Origin: Catajapyx aquilonaris
Taxonomy: Eukaryota
Direction: 5' to 3'
DNA: 23,672 nucleotides
Assembly (NCBI GenBank): GCA_000934665.2
Contig: KZ538294.1
Span: 62,001 to 85,672 of the forward strand
Within the stretch, counting starts at the first letter, position 1; each line of letters begins with the position of its first letter. The position numbers and the translations under genes were made by a program. Below the pieces are notes generated by a model. It was not told the DNA's origin. It searched no databases and saw only the letters and a program-made list of their open reading frames with translations. Positions 11,875 to 22,419 of this stretch are shown here, piece after piece.

Positions 11875-11999
11875 CTATGGGGCTCAAATTGTTTTGGCCA
11901 CTTTATCCTGAAGCAACCCTTCGCACGGTGAGGACGTGTGTGTGTGAAGGGTTGCTTCAAGACCAGGATAAAGTGGCCAAAACAATTTGAACCCCATAG
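11875..11999. mobile_element. 125-bp Tc1-like MITE, almost wholly palindromic
   Basis: 36-bp TIRs at 11875-11910 and 11964-11999 with one mismatch. Inner arms at 11909-11926 and 11942-11959. TA at 11873-11874 and 12000-12001. Confidence 0.9.
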
Positions 12000-12169
12000 T
12001 ACCTAAGATGTCATATGGCTATTTTTTAATATTCATTGTGCTATGCCTTTTGGTACCATGCTGTGAGGGCCTTCCTGTTTAAATCTGTCAACAAAAGGTG
12101 CACTCGAAAATACTCCAGTTTAATCTTCAGTCTGGAAAAAAAAATGAAAAGCTGTGAGCAGTCCACTCA

Positions 12170-12350
12170 TTGTTGCTCAAATGAAAGATTCGATAAAAGC
12201 TCGATGAAATTACACTTGTACATGTCCGTCTGCAACAAGTTCCAAAGCAGAGTGGAAATAAAAAGTTGTGCCAACTGTTAAATCTCCTCTTCGGATAAGT
12301 GTTCCGAGTTAACCCCATCGAGTTATACAAAGGGTTGCGATGGAGCACTC
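12170..12350 (-). mobile_element. Possible Gypsy protease-RT linker remnant
   Basis: Minus frame LDGVNSEHLSEEEI*QLAQLF resembles the helical linker before Gypsy RT. Single weak motif. Confidence 0.2.
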
Positions 12351-13227
12351 TGTAAACAAAAGAACCACCGTATATTTCCCAATGGAAGTGATCAGATGGC
12401 ACACTACACTGCAAGTACTTGTGTTCCTTCTATTGAAAAATGAACTGCCTTTAAATCCGCAGCTCAAAGTGGGGGACATAATGGGGTTGTCACAGTACTT
12501 TCGTGCATTTTAATGCAGCTTAAATATTGCACTATTCAAGCTATAAATAGCGTGCGAAAAACTGTAAAGAAATGGGCCAAATTTGGAGGCACGTGTCCTA
12601 ATCAGGGGGCCCAATTAGGCTTATTTTGAGCGAAGAAGCAGCAGCAGTGACTTTCCCCGTCAGAATGAAAACGTGTACTTTACCATGGCTGCTTTTCAAA
12701 ACACTCTAATTGCACGTTTATCCTGCTGCTAATAGGTGTACTTGTCTCCTTATCTTGTGAAGTGTAGAACAGGCTCTGATGATGTGTCGACATCAAAAGC
12801 AAATAATCCCTTGTTGTATTGTAATTGGCGCGCATCAAGTCCCCCCTATTCGTCCAGGTAATTGATTCGCAAAGAGCAATCATTTGTAAACTACAGGTTA
12901 GCACCTCCGACATATACAGACCTATACGCAGCCAATTTTCTGCATTCCTATCTAATGAATAAGGAGACAGTTATTGGGGTTGCTGGGGGAAGTAAACAAA
13001 TCGGAGGAATTGATTCCACCGTAATAATGTCTATATCAATTGTAGAGTGTTGATTGACAGGACCCTTACTCAGTGGACTAATTGCCGCAATTACCTCCTT
13101 TTGCGGAGTAGGCCTAAACCTCTACTACTCCTTTGTCATAGACGTAATGATCATTACAGGCTACATTCACTTTAGCGCTGCCAACTAAGTATTAGAGCTA
13201 AGCTCGCACTACACGCGATCCCTGGGG

Positions 13228-13247
13228 CATCCATCCATCCATCCATC
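13228..13247. repeat. (CATC)5 microsatellite
   Basis: Read directly. A small palindrome GAGCT-A-AGCTC lies upstream at 13195-13205. Confidence 0.9.
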
Positions 13248-14440
13248 GAGGGGTATTTTTCATTCCGTTTTCACCGGGGCCTCACACTTCATTTCCACAC
13301 CCCGTTTACCTATCGATTCATATCGCTGCCTAATTGGCGGATGTCTCCTGGAAATTAATTGTTGAGACTACTATCTTACCTGTGACACCGTTTTCTCGAA
13401 CGTTGAATCCAGGAAATCGCAATGCTCTGATTACGCGTAATTACTACGGAGATTTTCTAGAGATGAGGTTCGCAGTCTTGTCCGACCGTTTTGTTGCTGA
13501 CTTCTATTCCATTGCTGATTATCAGTACACTTTGCGGAGACAGTGGTAGATATGTTGGAGAAAATGACGGTGCTGCCCAACCCCCCTGATAAGAACAGTT
13601 AACTCGCATGATGGAGAGGAAATTAAAAAAAAAAGTGTGCAAAAGTCGAGTCCGTGACTTAGTGTGATGTTTCCTTGTGTCGTTTTTCCTTTGGAAGCAG
13701 CTGCAACGGAAAAAGCCCTGGCACTCTCTTCATATTTGCATGTATCCTGTTGCCCTCCCAACACATGTCTTGAGGTTGGGAGCATGTGTGGTGGGGCTCG
13801 CATTCTGTGTAATTTGGTTGAAGGTAACCTTCAGTAATTAGTGGCTAAGAAAATACTTCTAGTTCTATAATGTGACCTTTTGTGTGTGTGTGCTTTCACT
13901 CTCATAATGGCAAGAATCACGCAAAAAAAACGGCTCTGTTGTTAAGAAGCAAGTGACTTGCTTGGTTATAGAAAGAGGGGAAAAAAATATTTAAAAGAAA
14001 AGATTATGCAGTATGTATATGCAAATGTTTAACTGACGGAAACAAAATAAAGCGTTTATGTACTGTATTGTTACATATGTATTAGCAACCTAACTGAGCA
14101 CAGTTCAAGTTCCTGGTTGAGTGTGGCCAGAATCGTCCCAAATTCAATTTTTCCGTGCATCATTTTTGTTGCGGGGGATGAATATACTGTAGTTATTATA
14201 CTCCTCATGATCGTTTTACCTGTCAAGAATGAAAAAGTAGAAGAAAAAACATCTCCGATAAAGCTAAAACCATCTATTTGGGAAATTACTTATTAATTGC
14301 TAATGATTGATCATTAATATTTCATTCAGTGGGAAACGGTTGCATGCGGGATGACTAGTTCTTGCATAATACCGTTCAATTACAACGTGCTGGAAACGTG
14401 CATTTAACCCTATAATAGGATCGGGCTGGCTGACCCTTGT

Positions 14441-14631
14441 CAGTGTTTCCCCAGAAGCGCAAAGCGTTTGGGCTATTGCTGCCCAGCTGAATTTGGGAAT
14501 AGGGTGATGCCTAACCGTTTGTGCGCGTGGTCACTGTTGCCGTTGACCAACGCACAATAATACTTTTGTCATATTTTACCGGGAGAGTCATATTTTGGAA
14601 AGCAAAAGAGTCATTCTTCTGGGAACATATG
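14441..14631. mobile_element. Possible old hAT-like MITE
   Basis: Left end CAGTGTTTCCCCAGAAG, degenerate right end CTTCTGGGAACATATG, repeated GTCATATTTT, internal hairpin at 14519-14557. No TSD recoverable. Confidence 0.35.
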
Positions 14632-15249
14632 CATCGTATATCACTTGACACCAATAATCCTTAAAATTTAATTTTTAGCATAAGGAAATTTAATATTTTT
14701 GAAACGTCAGCTTGTACTGAAGCAGCGTTATCTGGATGGCGTAATGATGTGTTATTATGCAGTATTTATCAAACAACATGCTATAATCGAGCGAAAACAT
14801 AAATTAATATGTATAAAGTTATTATTAAAATATTGCAAATTGCATATAGTTGCTTCATATGGTTTTCATTTCTATGTAAATGAAATCACTACGTTGTATA
14901 TTATTCTGAGTGATTTTTCAATTTTCATGAAATTTTTAGCTCCCGTGTAAAGACGAAATCACTCAAGCTGAGCAGAAAACAACTCAGTCACTTAATTGAG
15001 CAGAGTGTATACATTGCAAAAAGCCAATGTACACCTTTTTGACTGGCAGTGAGCACAGTTGTTCATCTGTTTATTCAGGAACATAATCAAATAAATTTGT
15101 ACCGCAAAATCCAACAAGGGCTGCTGTGCAGAGTCCCATAAAAATTGCCCCCATGCAACACTGGGTGTAACAAAAGTGAGCTCAGATCCGTAGCGATGAT
15201 AATGTAGCGACATTCGACTATAACCTACAGTATACCAACCTGAAATTGT

Positions 15250-17200
15250 GGCCGAGTTTTACATACCGTTGGAAAGCTCATTTTAGACTTAAAGGTAGGC
15301 TAAAGCAATAGAGACTAAGACACCGAAAAGAACCTGAGATGACTTGTGTTCCACCCGGTACATGCAGGAGTTTTGCAAAAGAGGCAAGGAAATTGTAAGC
15401 GGACGACTTCCTGCAGCTCTGTTGGCATGTTTCGAATGACGACGAATAGGGAGCCGCCTGTTTTCGTGTCTCACGAAGGTCCTTCAATTGTCTCAGGGTC
15501 TGACAAAAACGAGGTTCCACAGGCCTCTGTTAGTAAAGGGAAGGATTACTACTATCATTAGCATCTCCGTCCCCCAATCGACTCTTCCCCGAGATTTGGT
15601 GTCCTGTCCGCGAAAGGAAGAAACAGCTTGTAATTTGGTCTGGCACCCCCCCCCCNCCCTGAGATCCTCTCCCAAATCCCCGGATGCTGATCCACGCGCT
15701 TCGGCCATGTTTAGGACGCAACCATGTGGCAGTGATCAAATATGCGACTTGTGTCTTTGGTTGGATTCTAACGTCATCACGTCTTGTGAGAGTCGGTACG
15801 CTAATTAACATGGGAACTGCGAACTGTGCGGGACTAATCATAGCGGAAGAAATATTTGAAAAGGAATCCCCCAGGATGCGGTATTCAGAACAAGGCCAGC
15901 AGTGTGGTTGCTGCTGGACCTCTAATTCGGAAGAGGCAATCATGGGCTTGCTTCACAGGAGGAGGTTTGTCTTAAAGTAGCCTATATCTGCACAGATATA
16001 CGCAAATCGGGGAAGTCAAGCTTGTTAGGCATGTTTGTGGAGTAAATGAAGTCTTCCTGATGTTTTCGAACGTATACCCCCCATTGGTCTGTTGATCTGC
16101 ACGTGGAATTTCCACAGGGGATATATGAAAAAGTAGGTCGAATATTGTTGTTCCACAGAAGTGGGCTAATATATAGTCACCTTCGGATGACCGCAGATTA
16201 GTTGATGGCGTGGGGTCTCTGTTTACATAGGCATGGGACACAGAATGATGCTCTGAGATTTGATGCAACCCGCGGCAAACATTTCGTCATTAGTTATTTA
16301 TCAGATGTGATGTTGTGGTCAGATGGCCTTGTTGGTCGATGTTTTCTATGCATTTTAAGCGGAATTAAGCTTGTGTAAACTTATCCAGATTGCAAGAATA
16401 TTGATTTGTTTCCATGAACCAATAAAAAATCTTGTACACATCTGACAGTGTCAACAATGCAAATCAATAACTGACATGTGCTTGCATTCTTTTTTGAGAC
16501 CCTGTTGCATTATGTACGCATTTTATTTCATACCAGGAATATGTTATATAACTATGTAATATTTCGTTGTTTTGTAGCAGGCATCAGCAACAATTCAAAA
16601 GCGGTGTCTTTTCCTCAGTAACTAATATAGGATGAGGCTGCTACTTGTTGGTTGTTGGTTACCACAAACTGGTGTATACAAAAGTCAATATCGTGGGATT
16701 CCTACTTTGGATCTAGTCGTGATGCACACTCACACGGTTGGCGGATTCCCCACTTTGGGTTTTTTGCATGTGCCATGCCAGCCACAATGGGTTGGGTCCA
16801 AAAAACTTTTTTCCTGATACAGGCATCATAGACAATCAAAGTATGGTCGGGCGTGTGTGAGTTCAGCCTTCCAGCTACACGTACAGGACTTCCTCCTGCC
16901 ATCTTCGTGCAAAGACAAAATTCGCTTTCGTGCGTCTATTTTCCATCCGACCAACTTTAGTCGGGACTTACATATCATATAGGTTGTGTCGTGCATTGAC
17001 CCACGACTCCTGTACTATACTGACAAGCAAGGTTATTTTGCATCCGTCTTGACGATGGATTGTAATAAAGGCATGCAGGATGGGGCAGTCACGTCTTGGG
17101 TATATGCATGTGTGCTCCTGTAGTTATTTACAGATATGCGACTCATATCCAGTAGTGCACACCACGCCATATACCGTGGTTCTTAATTGCCAGTACAGGA
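15250..17200 (-). mobile_element. Degenerate Ngaro/DIRS-type retrotransposon: ORF1, RNase H and tyrosine recombinase remnants; RT not recognisable
   Basis: Minus-strand order: SWVNARH 17006-16986 and CLYQEK 16825-16808 followed by H/C residues (ORF1-like); HISPVEIPRAD 16127-16095 (cf. HIPGxxNxxAD); RKTSFTPQT (cf. AFAxxT at YR start); LITATWL (cf. PITxxxL); FLASFAKLL...SGSFR ending 15323 (cf. SGHSFR); AFQRYV 15277-15260 (cf. AYxRY). Confidence 0.65.
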
Positions 17201-17469
17201 CTGTAAGGCTAGTACTTGGCAACAACATGAATATATACGAGAGCTGATGTCATATTGAAGATGACAAAATTTACTATACCCAGTAATTGATCCTGCCTTT
17301 CCTGATAATTGCAGAACCTTCTTGATATCTATTATACCCACTTATTATGTTATACATTGTATTATTTACTAACGTCTTAGTAACAACTAATAAGTCCTTA
17401 AGTATAGGAGGAATTAAGTATAACAAGTATGGAATAGAGTATACGTTACTTTTGAAGTTGCCAGTTTGC

Positions 17470-18905
17470 ATTCTAATGCAGGTTGAGCAGTGTCCCAATA
17501 CAGTATAAACTGCACAAGGGACCAGTTGAACTTCATACTCAGCCTCCTGCAACTCCCTATCAAAGCCTTATGGGGAGGCCTGTTTAATTACATAGTCTCC
17601 GCTGGCGCTGGCGTCGCTCATGGGGGTATCGGGCTGACAGGCGAATTCGGGCGGACGCCTTCTGAACCAACCCAAACCGTCCATACTCAGTACAGCACCC
17701 TCAGCCATATTTTGCAGATTCTCGAACAGCCACATGAGTGAGTCTGGCAGCCCGATTCCCCACAGTAGGCTACTCTCCGATTCACATAAGAGTGAACCTT
17801 TTTGGATATCCACACGCCCGAAAGTAGTGCCCATGTCGGGCCCTACCACTCCTCACAACAATATGTGCAGTTTGTGTAGCTCTGCAGCTACTGCATGGGC
17901 TGCCCATAATAATTAGGCAGTCGAATTACATCAGCACTGTTTCTTCGAGAAAGCCAGAGATACCGGGGACTAATTTTGCGGCTGCTCACCGACCCCTCGA
18001 GCGTATAGATATCCAAAAAGGTTCACTCTTATGTGAATCGGAGAGTAGCCACAGTGAGCGACGCCAGCGCCAAATTATCGGTATGGCGGAGACTCTGTAA
18101 TTAAACTATACCATATCGAAGGGGTTGCAGGGGGCTGTTCATACTCCTCAGGTGACGACAGACCATCAGTATCCTACTGTATAGTCTCATTTCACTACAT
18201 AGCCGACCCATTTTACTCCACAGTTACCTGCACATCAGCTGAGACACATTACCACAGACATTTCAAAACTTGTGATTAAACTAATAATGTGACCTATGGC
18301 ATTCTGTGAGCAGTAGTTCCAGAATAATCCGAAGCATATAACTGTTCTGTTCTTAGTTCTGTGGTATATAATAAGGCCAAGTGATGCTGCCAATCAAAGG
18401 CAAAACTCGTGAGAAATTGTGTGAATGACACGATGGCATAACTCGTGCGGTCTGAAGGTTCAGCAGTTATCCAGTCCAAAACCTGATTGCTTCTGGAGTA
18501 ATGTACGCGATAACCTCTAAGCTTACGCTCATCTAAATTAAAATCTCCTTCTCCGATAATTTCCATCAATCAGACCATCATGGCGCGGAAGAAGCGCAGA
18601 AATAGCACATCGATTGAAGAGTGGGCCGTATATATGCGCCTATTTCACAATGGAATAAGCGACGATAGCCGGGTAACAAGTGTTCCACGAGAAGCAACCA
18701 TTAGGGTGAAATGCACATAAGTTTTTTTTTCTTTGCTTACGGTAGCTATATAGTACTCTTCCACGTGCACGAAAAGTGCGATGAAAGACTCGCCGCATGA
18801 ATTCGGCTTCACTTTCGCAAGGGAGATTTCAACTTTACAATCTACAAATGACTATAATTGAGTTTAATATCTGTTTATATATTCCGCAGTTAGATTATGC
18901 GCGGG
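17470..18905 (-). mobile_element. Degenerate L2/CR1-type LINE ORF2 (APE endonuclease and RT remnants), interrupted by a MITE
   Basis: IGAYIRP 18643-18623 (cf. IGxxYRPP); IIGEGDFNLD with GDFN at 18548-18537; WITAEP (cf. LIxEPTR). RT-like KWVGY 18213-18199 and DGLSS 18167-18153 follow, and beyond the MITE GPL 17523-17515 plus frameshifted QFILY (cf. LGPLLFxxY). Confidence 0.7.
17540..18137. mobile_element. 598-bp non-autonomous DNA transposon with 8-bp TSD (hAT-like; other 8-bp-TSD superfamilies not excluded)
   Basis: 17-bp TIRs CAGCCTCCTGCAACTCC (17540-17556) and GGGGTTGCAGGGGGCTG (18121-18137) match at 15/17. Exact TSD TTCATACT at 17532-17539 and 18138-18145. Three further inverted modules lie inside. 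Confidence 0.92.
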
Positions 18906-19539
18906 TAATACGGTCGTTTCGGGTTCATTATTGATTCAAAGAATAATACCCTAAATTGCTCCTCAATAGTCTATTACTTGTTATCGTATGCCTCCACAAG
19001 GGGTATTTTAAGATGGAGAATTCCGCCAAACACTTATCCTGTTACCTCCATGTAGTTTTGAATTGTAAATACTTTATGGCTGCATCGATGTTAAGTTTCA
19101 CAAATGACAGTGACTGTTTAGCAACCGGATCACGCTGATGTGCTGCAAGTTTTTTTTGTCCATTTCTTATTATTGTATAATGTGATTATTCCGTTTTCCA
19201 TTATGTGCGAGTCAGCCATGTTAACCCAACAAGTCTCATTAACTTTCCTGTCACTAAGTTGATTTATGTCGTTGCGACCCGGTCAAATGCAGAGTACCCT
19301 GACCAACGGACAAAGAACCGGTGATCCACCGGAAACCATGCGCAACCTCCATCTCTTCAGATGCAGGTGCGGCACCATCATATCGTATATAAGGAAAAAG
19401 GACATGGACCTATTATTAAAATAACTAGGGGGTATAGGCAATTTCAGAGTTGCTATTCTAATTTTTTTATAAAAAAATGTAATATAATTATATTAAAAGG
19501 GAATGGAGGGGGCAGGGAAGAGAAAAAGTAATTCTTATC

Positions 19540-20270
19540 AGTTGTGTTCGCAGCCAGGCTGGTCTAGTAGATAGGCGTGGAAAGGCCATCCAACTACGTA
19601 CATCCGGCGGGTACGGCCAACTCATTTCGGTCCAGACTACTAATTCGGCCAGATTCGAAAGAGCCATGTTATCATGGTTGCCCTCCCCCTCTGATACCAG
19701 CTGACCCCTTTGGAAAGCTGGAGGCTGGCGAAAGAGACGAAAGCAGCTAAGCTTGACACACACAAGAGCCTCCGGGGGCTTCTGGGGCCATGTGGATAGG
19801 GCGTGCAGTCATTTTGAGTCTGCAAAAAAAAACAATTCAGGTGGAAAAAGGTGTAGCAATAAGGCCCTGAAGTGGAGAAACGAGTCTTGTCCTGTCTGTG
19901 CGCGTACCAGCCATGTTTGACTGACGTCATGGAGGGAAAGGTGGGCGGGAGGGACGCCGTGGCCAAGATGGCGTTTTTGGGAGATGAAAGAGCAAAAGAA
20001 GATGGGGAGGAGGTGGTTTCGGAGGAGATGGAGCTGTAATGACAGCCTAGCTGTGGCTCCAGCGCGACTCGAGTTGAGGGGAGGACCCCGAATATCCTGC
20101 CGTACAGCTTCGGATCCCCTGATCATCTCTGTAGCCGGCTGTATCATTAGGACCAGAAGAAATTTGCTAGGCACTCCCCTCTGCAATTTTGCTACGACAT
20201 GTGCTCCAAACCTACGGGGCGAGCGGCGTGCTCCTTCCCCCAAAAAACGAGCCAGGAACCATGACAAAAA
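19540..20270 (-). mobile_element. Degenerate tyrosine recombinase gene of an Ngaro/DIRS-type retrotransposon
   Basis: RFGAHV; VRQDIR (cf. VLxGIxR); frameshifted RL-IT 20048-20035 (RLPIT); HLSLHDV 19943-19923. One frame from 19660 reads FRIWPN*, then 15 codons, then VGWPFHAYLLD, matching the spacing of FRIGAAT-x15-GRWSSDAYLLY; each differing codon in the last motif is one base from the consensus residue. Confidence 0.75.
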
Positions 20271-20856
20271 ATAAGTGATCCTCCAATAAGATCCTTTGTT
20301 TTAGTACAGGAACTGCTTCTTTCATGGCTGCCCCCCCTCTGCATGATTAAAGCTTGATCATCTCAAAACGCATATGAAGGTTATCTTGGCTTCGAATCTA
20401 CAGACATGTAGAATTATACGAAGTTGTAATTATGCCGGACCAGTGAGCTGCCCCAAGATTTGCTGGCTTGGGTGGGAAAAGTGGAAGCATAAGATGAAGG
20501 TTTCTGGGAGGATTACAAAATGGAGGCTGAACGCCAATCCAACCTTGAATGCACGCTACAACTGCTTGATTTGAAATTATCGTTGCTTGTACCTCTTGGG
20601 CATGCCAAGCGAGAATAATATGCTTATTATACTGTATACTATAAGTTATAACATTGTTTGTGCTATATGCGCTTATAGAGATCAAGGTTGAATGAATAAG
20701 CTTATTCTTCGATAAATACGGCAGGGATTGTGCTTTCCGTTCAAATGACCAACCTTTCATTACCAATACTGACCGTTGGAACGAAGTATCGTCAGTGCTT
20801 CATTGAAATCTGCACCAGTGCCTCCAACACGATGATTTAGTACAGATGTAGCTTAC

Positions 20857-20919
20857 CCTGGATCGTTTTCGATATACTGTATACATTTCTGCGTCGTCTT
20901 TTGAAGCCTGCAGCCTACT
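20857..20919 (-). other. Candidate 63-nt spliced exon (host gene or intron-containing transposon)
   Basis: Minus strand TTTTTTAG acceptor and GTAAGC donor. Length is divisible by 3 and two frames are open. No homology recognised. Confidence 0.2.
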
Positions 20920-22419
20920 CTAAAAAATATATATGAAAACACATGGTTGTATCTAATAGTAAGGTGTACACTGTTGACGTATCGTTCGTTTGTGATCGAG
21001 TGTTGTTTAGTGGCACATTGTCTTTGTGCTGCTACAACTACAATGTTATCCAGGGTACTTGATAGAATCATGTAGAATTCAAAGACTAGTTTAAAGGTTT
21101 CTCAAGATTTCTGGTAATGCGCGTATATTTTTTATTACTCCTTCGCTTGATGAGTCATATTTTCCCAGGAGTGTCGGTTGGAAAAGAAAACATGCGCTTT
21201 ATTTTCTGCCGTGACTCCTCCACATAAGCTGTGTACCTGCTTGAAATACTGTATAGAGGTAGTGATTCAGCGTTCGCTCCCCATTTTTGGATGACTTGTT
21301 TCTAATTTTATGAGGTTTGAAACTCTCCAGTAGAAAAATTCCATAGACTTTACTGCTAACTGTGTATACCGACATGTATTTACACTGAGAACACCACAGT
21401 GACTAATCTGAAGGAACGTTAATTTTTATGGAACATTTTGAGCATGTAAAATTGCAAATCAGCAGTATCACAACTTTTCTAATCTTATGTATTGCAAACA
21501 TAGGGATAATTGCAGATCAAGAAGTCCGATTGTGTTTCTTAAATTAATTCAAGCTTATTACGCATATTGCTTATTGCCATTAGGTTTGTCGTTACCACAA
21601 TCATGCCGCAGATATTATCGTTCTACTGCACTTTCTATATACAGCAACATTTATTTATTAGAAAAGCTTTTACAAGAAAATGGTTTTGTGGTATAGTAAC
21701 ATGCTGATTCATAATAACATACCGGACACTATATTTGCGCATGTGAGTCAGTGAGACCCCTGTAAATTAATCACTATTGATATGTTGTATTGATAGCCAG
21801 TCATTTAACTTAGTGGTTTTAGACAGAATTCACCACTTTAAATATTCCTGTATACTTTTGGCGCAAAATGTTCTATAGAGCTTGCAGGATATTCTGGATA
21901 TGAAATGCAGAATGAATTGAGTCATAGTGAAATATTATTTGAAGTTTGAATATTACCATATTCTTAGTGGGATCATGTAACGTATTACATATTTCCTAAC
22001 TCTATTTCGAGAAAAATATGTTAAGAATTTCAGCATTTTGTGATACAATCATATTCACTTCAAATTTTCATTTGCTCATTCTCAAATCGCAAAATTATTC
22101 TCACAATCACCATGACTATCCATGAATTAGTCCACAAGTTTAGGGTATTAGCTTACTACTATATTATAACCTGCTTATTTGAAATTGCGAGTTTCACCCG
22201 ACGCGTCAATTCTATTATATTATACATTTTTTTGACAATTACGCGGTTATTTCTAGAAAACATTTATACAGTACAACCCAAGTCAAGAGAGTTGCAAAAT
22301 CACGTTAATACGACGTATCAGTTACTTGAAAACCAGCAATGACATATACACAGCTGTTCTATAGCTCTTTCCATCTATAGACACAATTCAGATTACGAGT
22401 GCAAAACAGGATATCATAA

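Noticed and set aside
19809..20274. Overlapping 152-aa and 96-aa ORFs as intact genes
   Set aside because: These are frameshifted pieces and the antisense shadow of the dead tyrosine recombinase, whose catalytic motif region carries stops.
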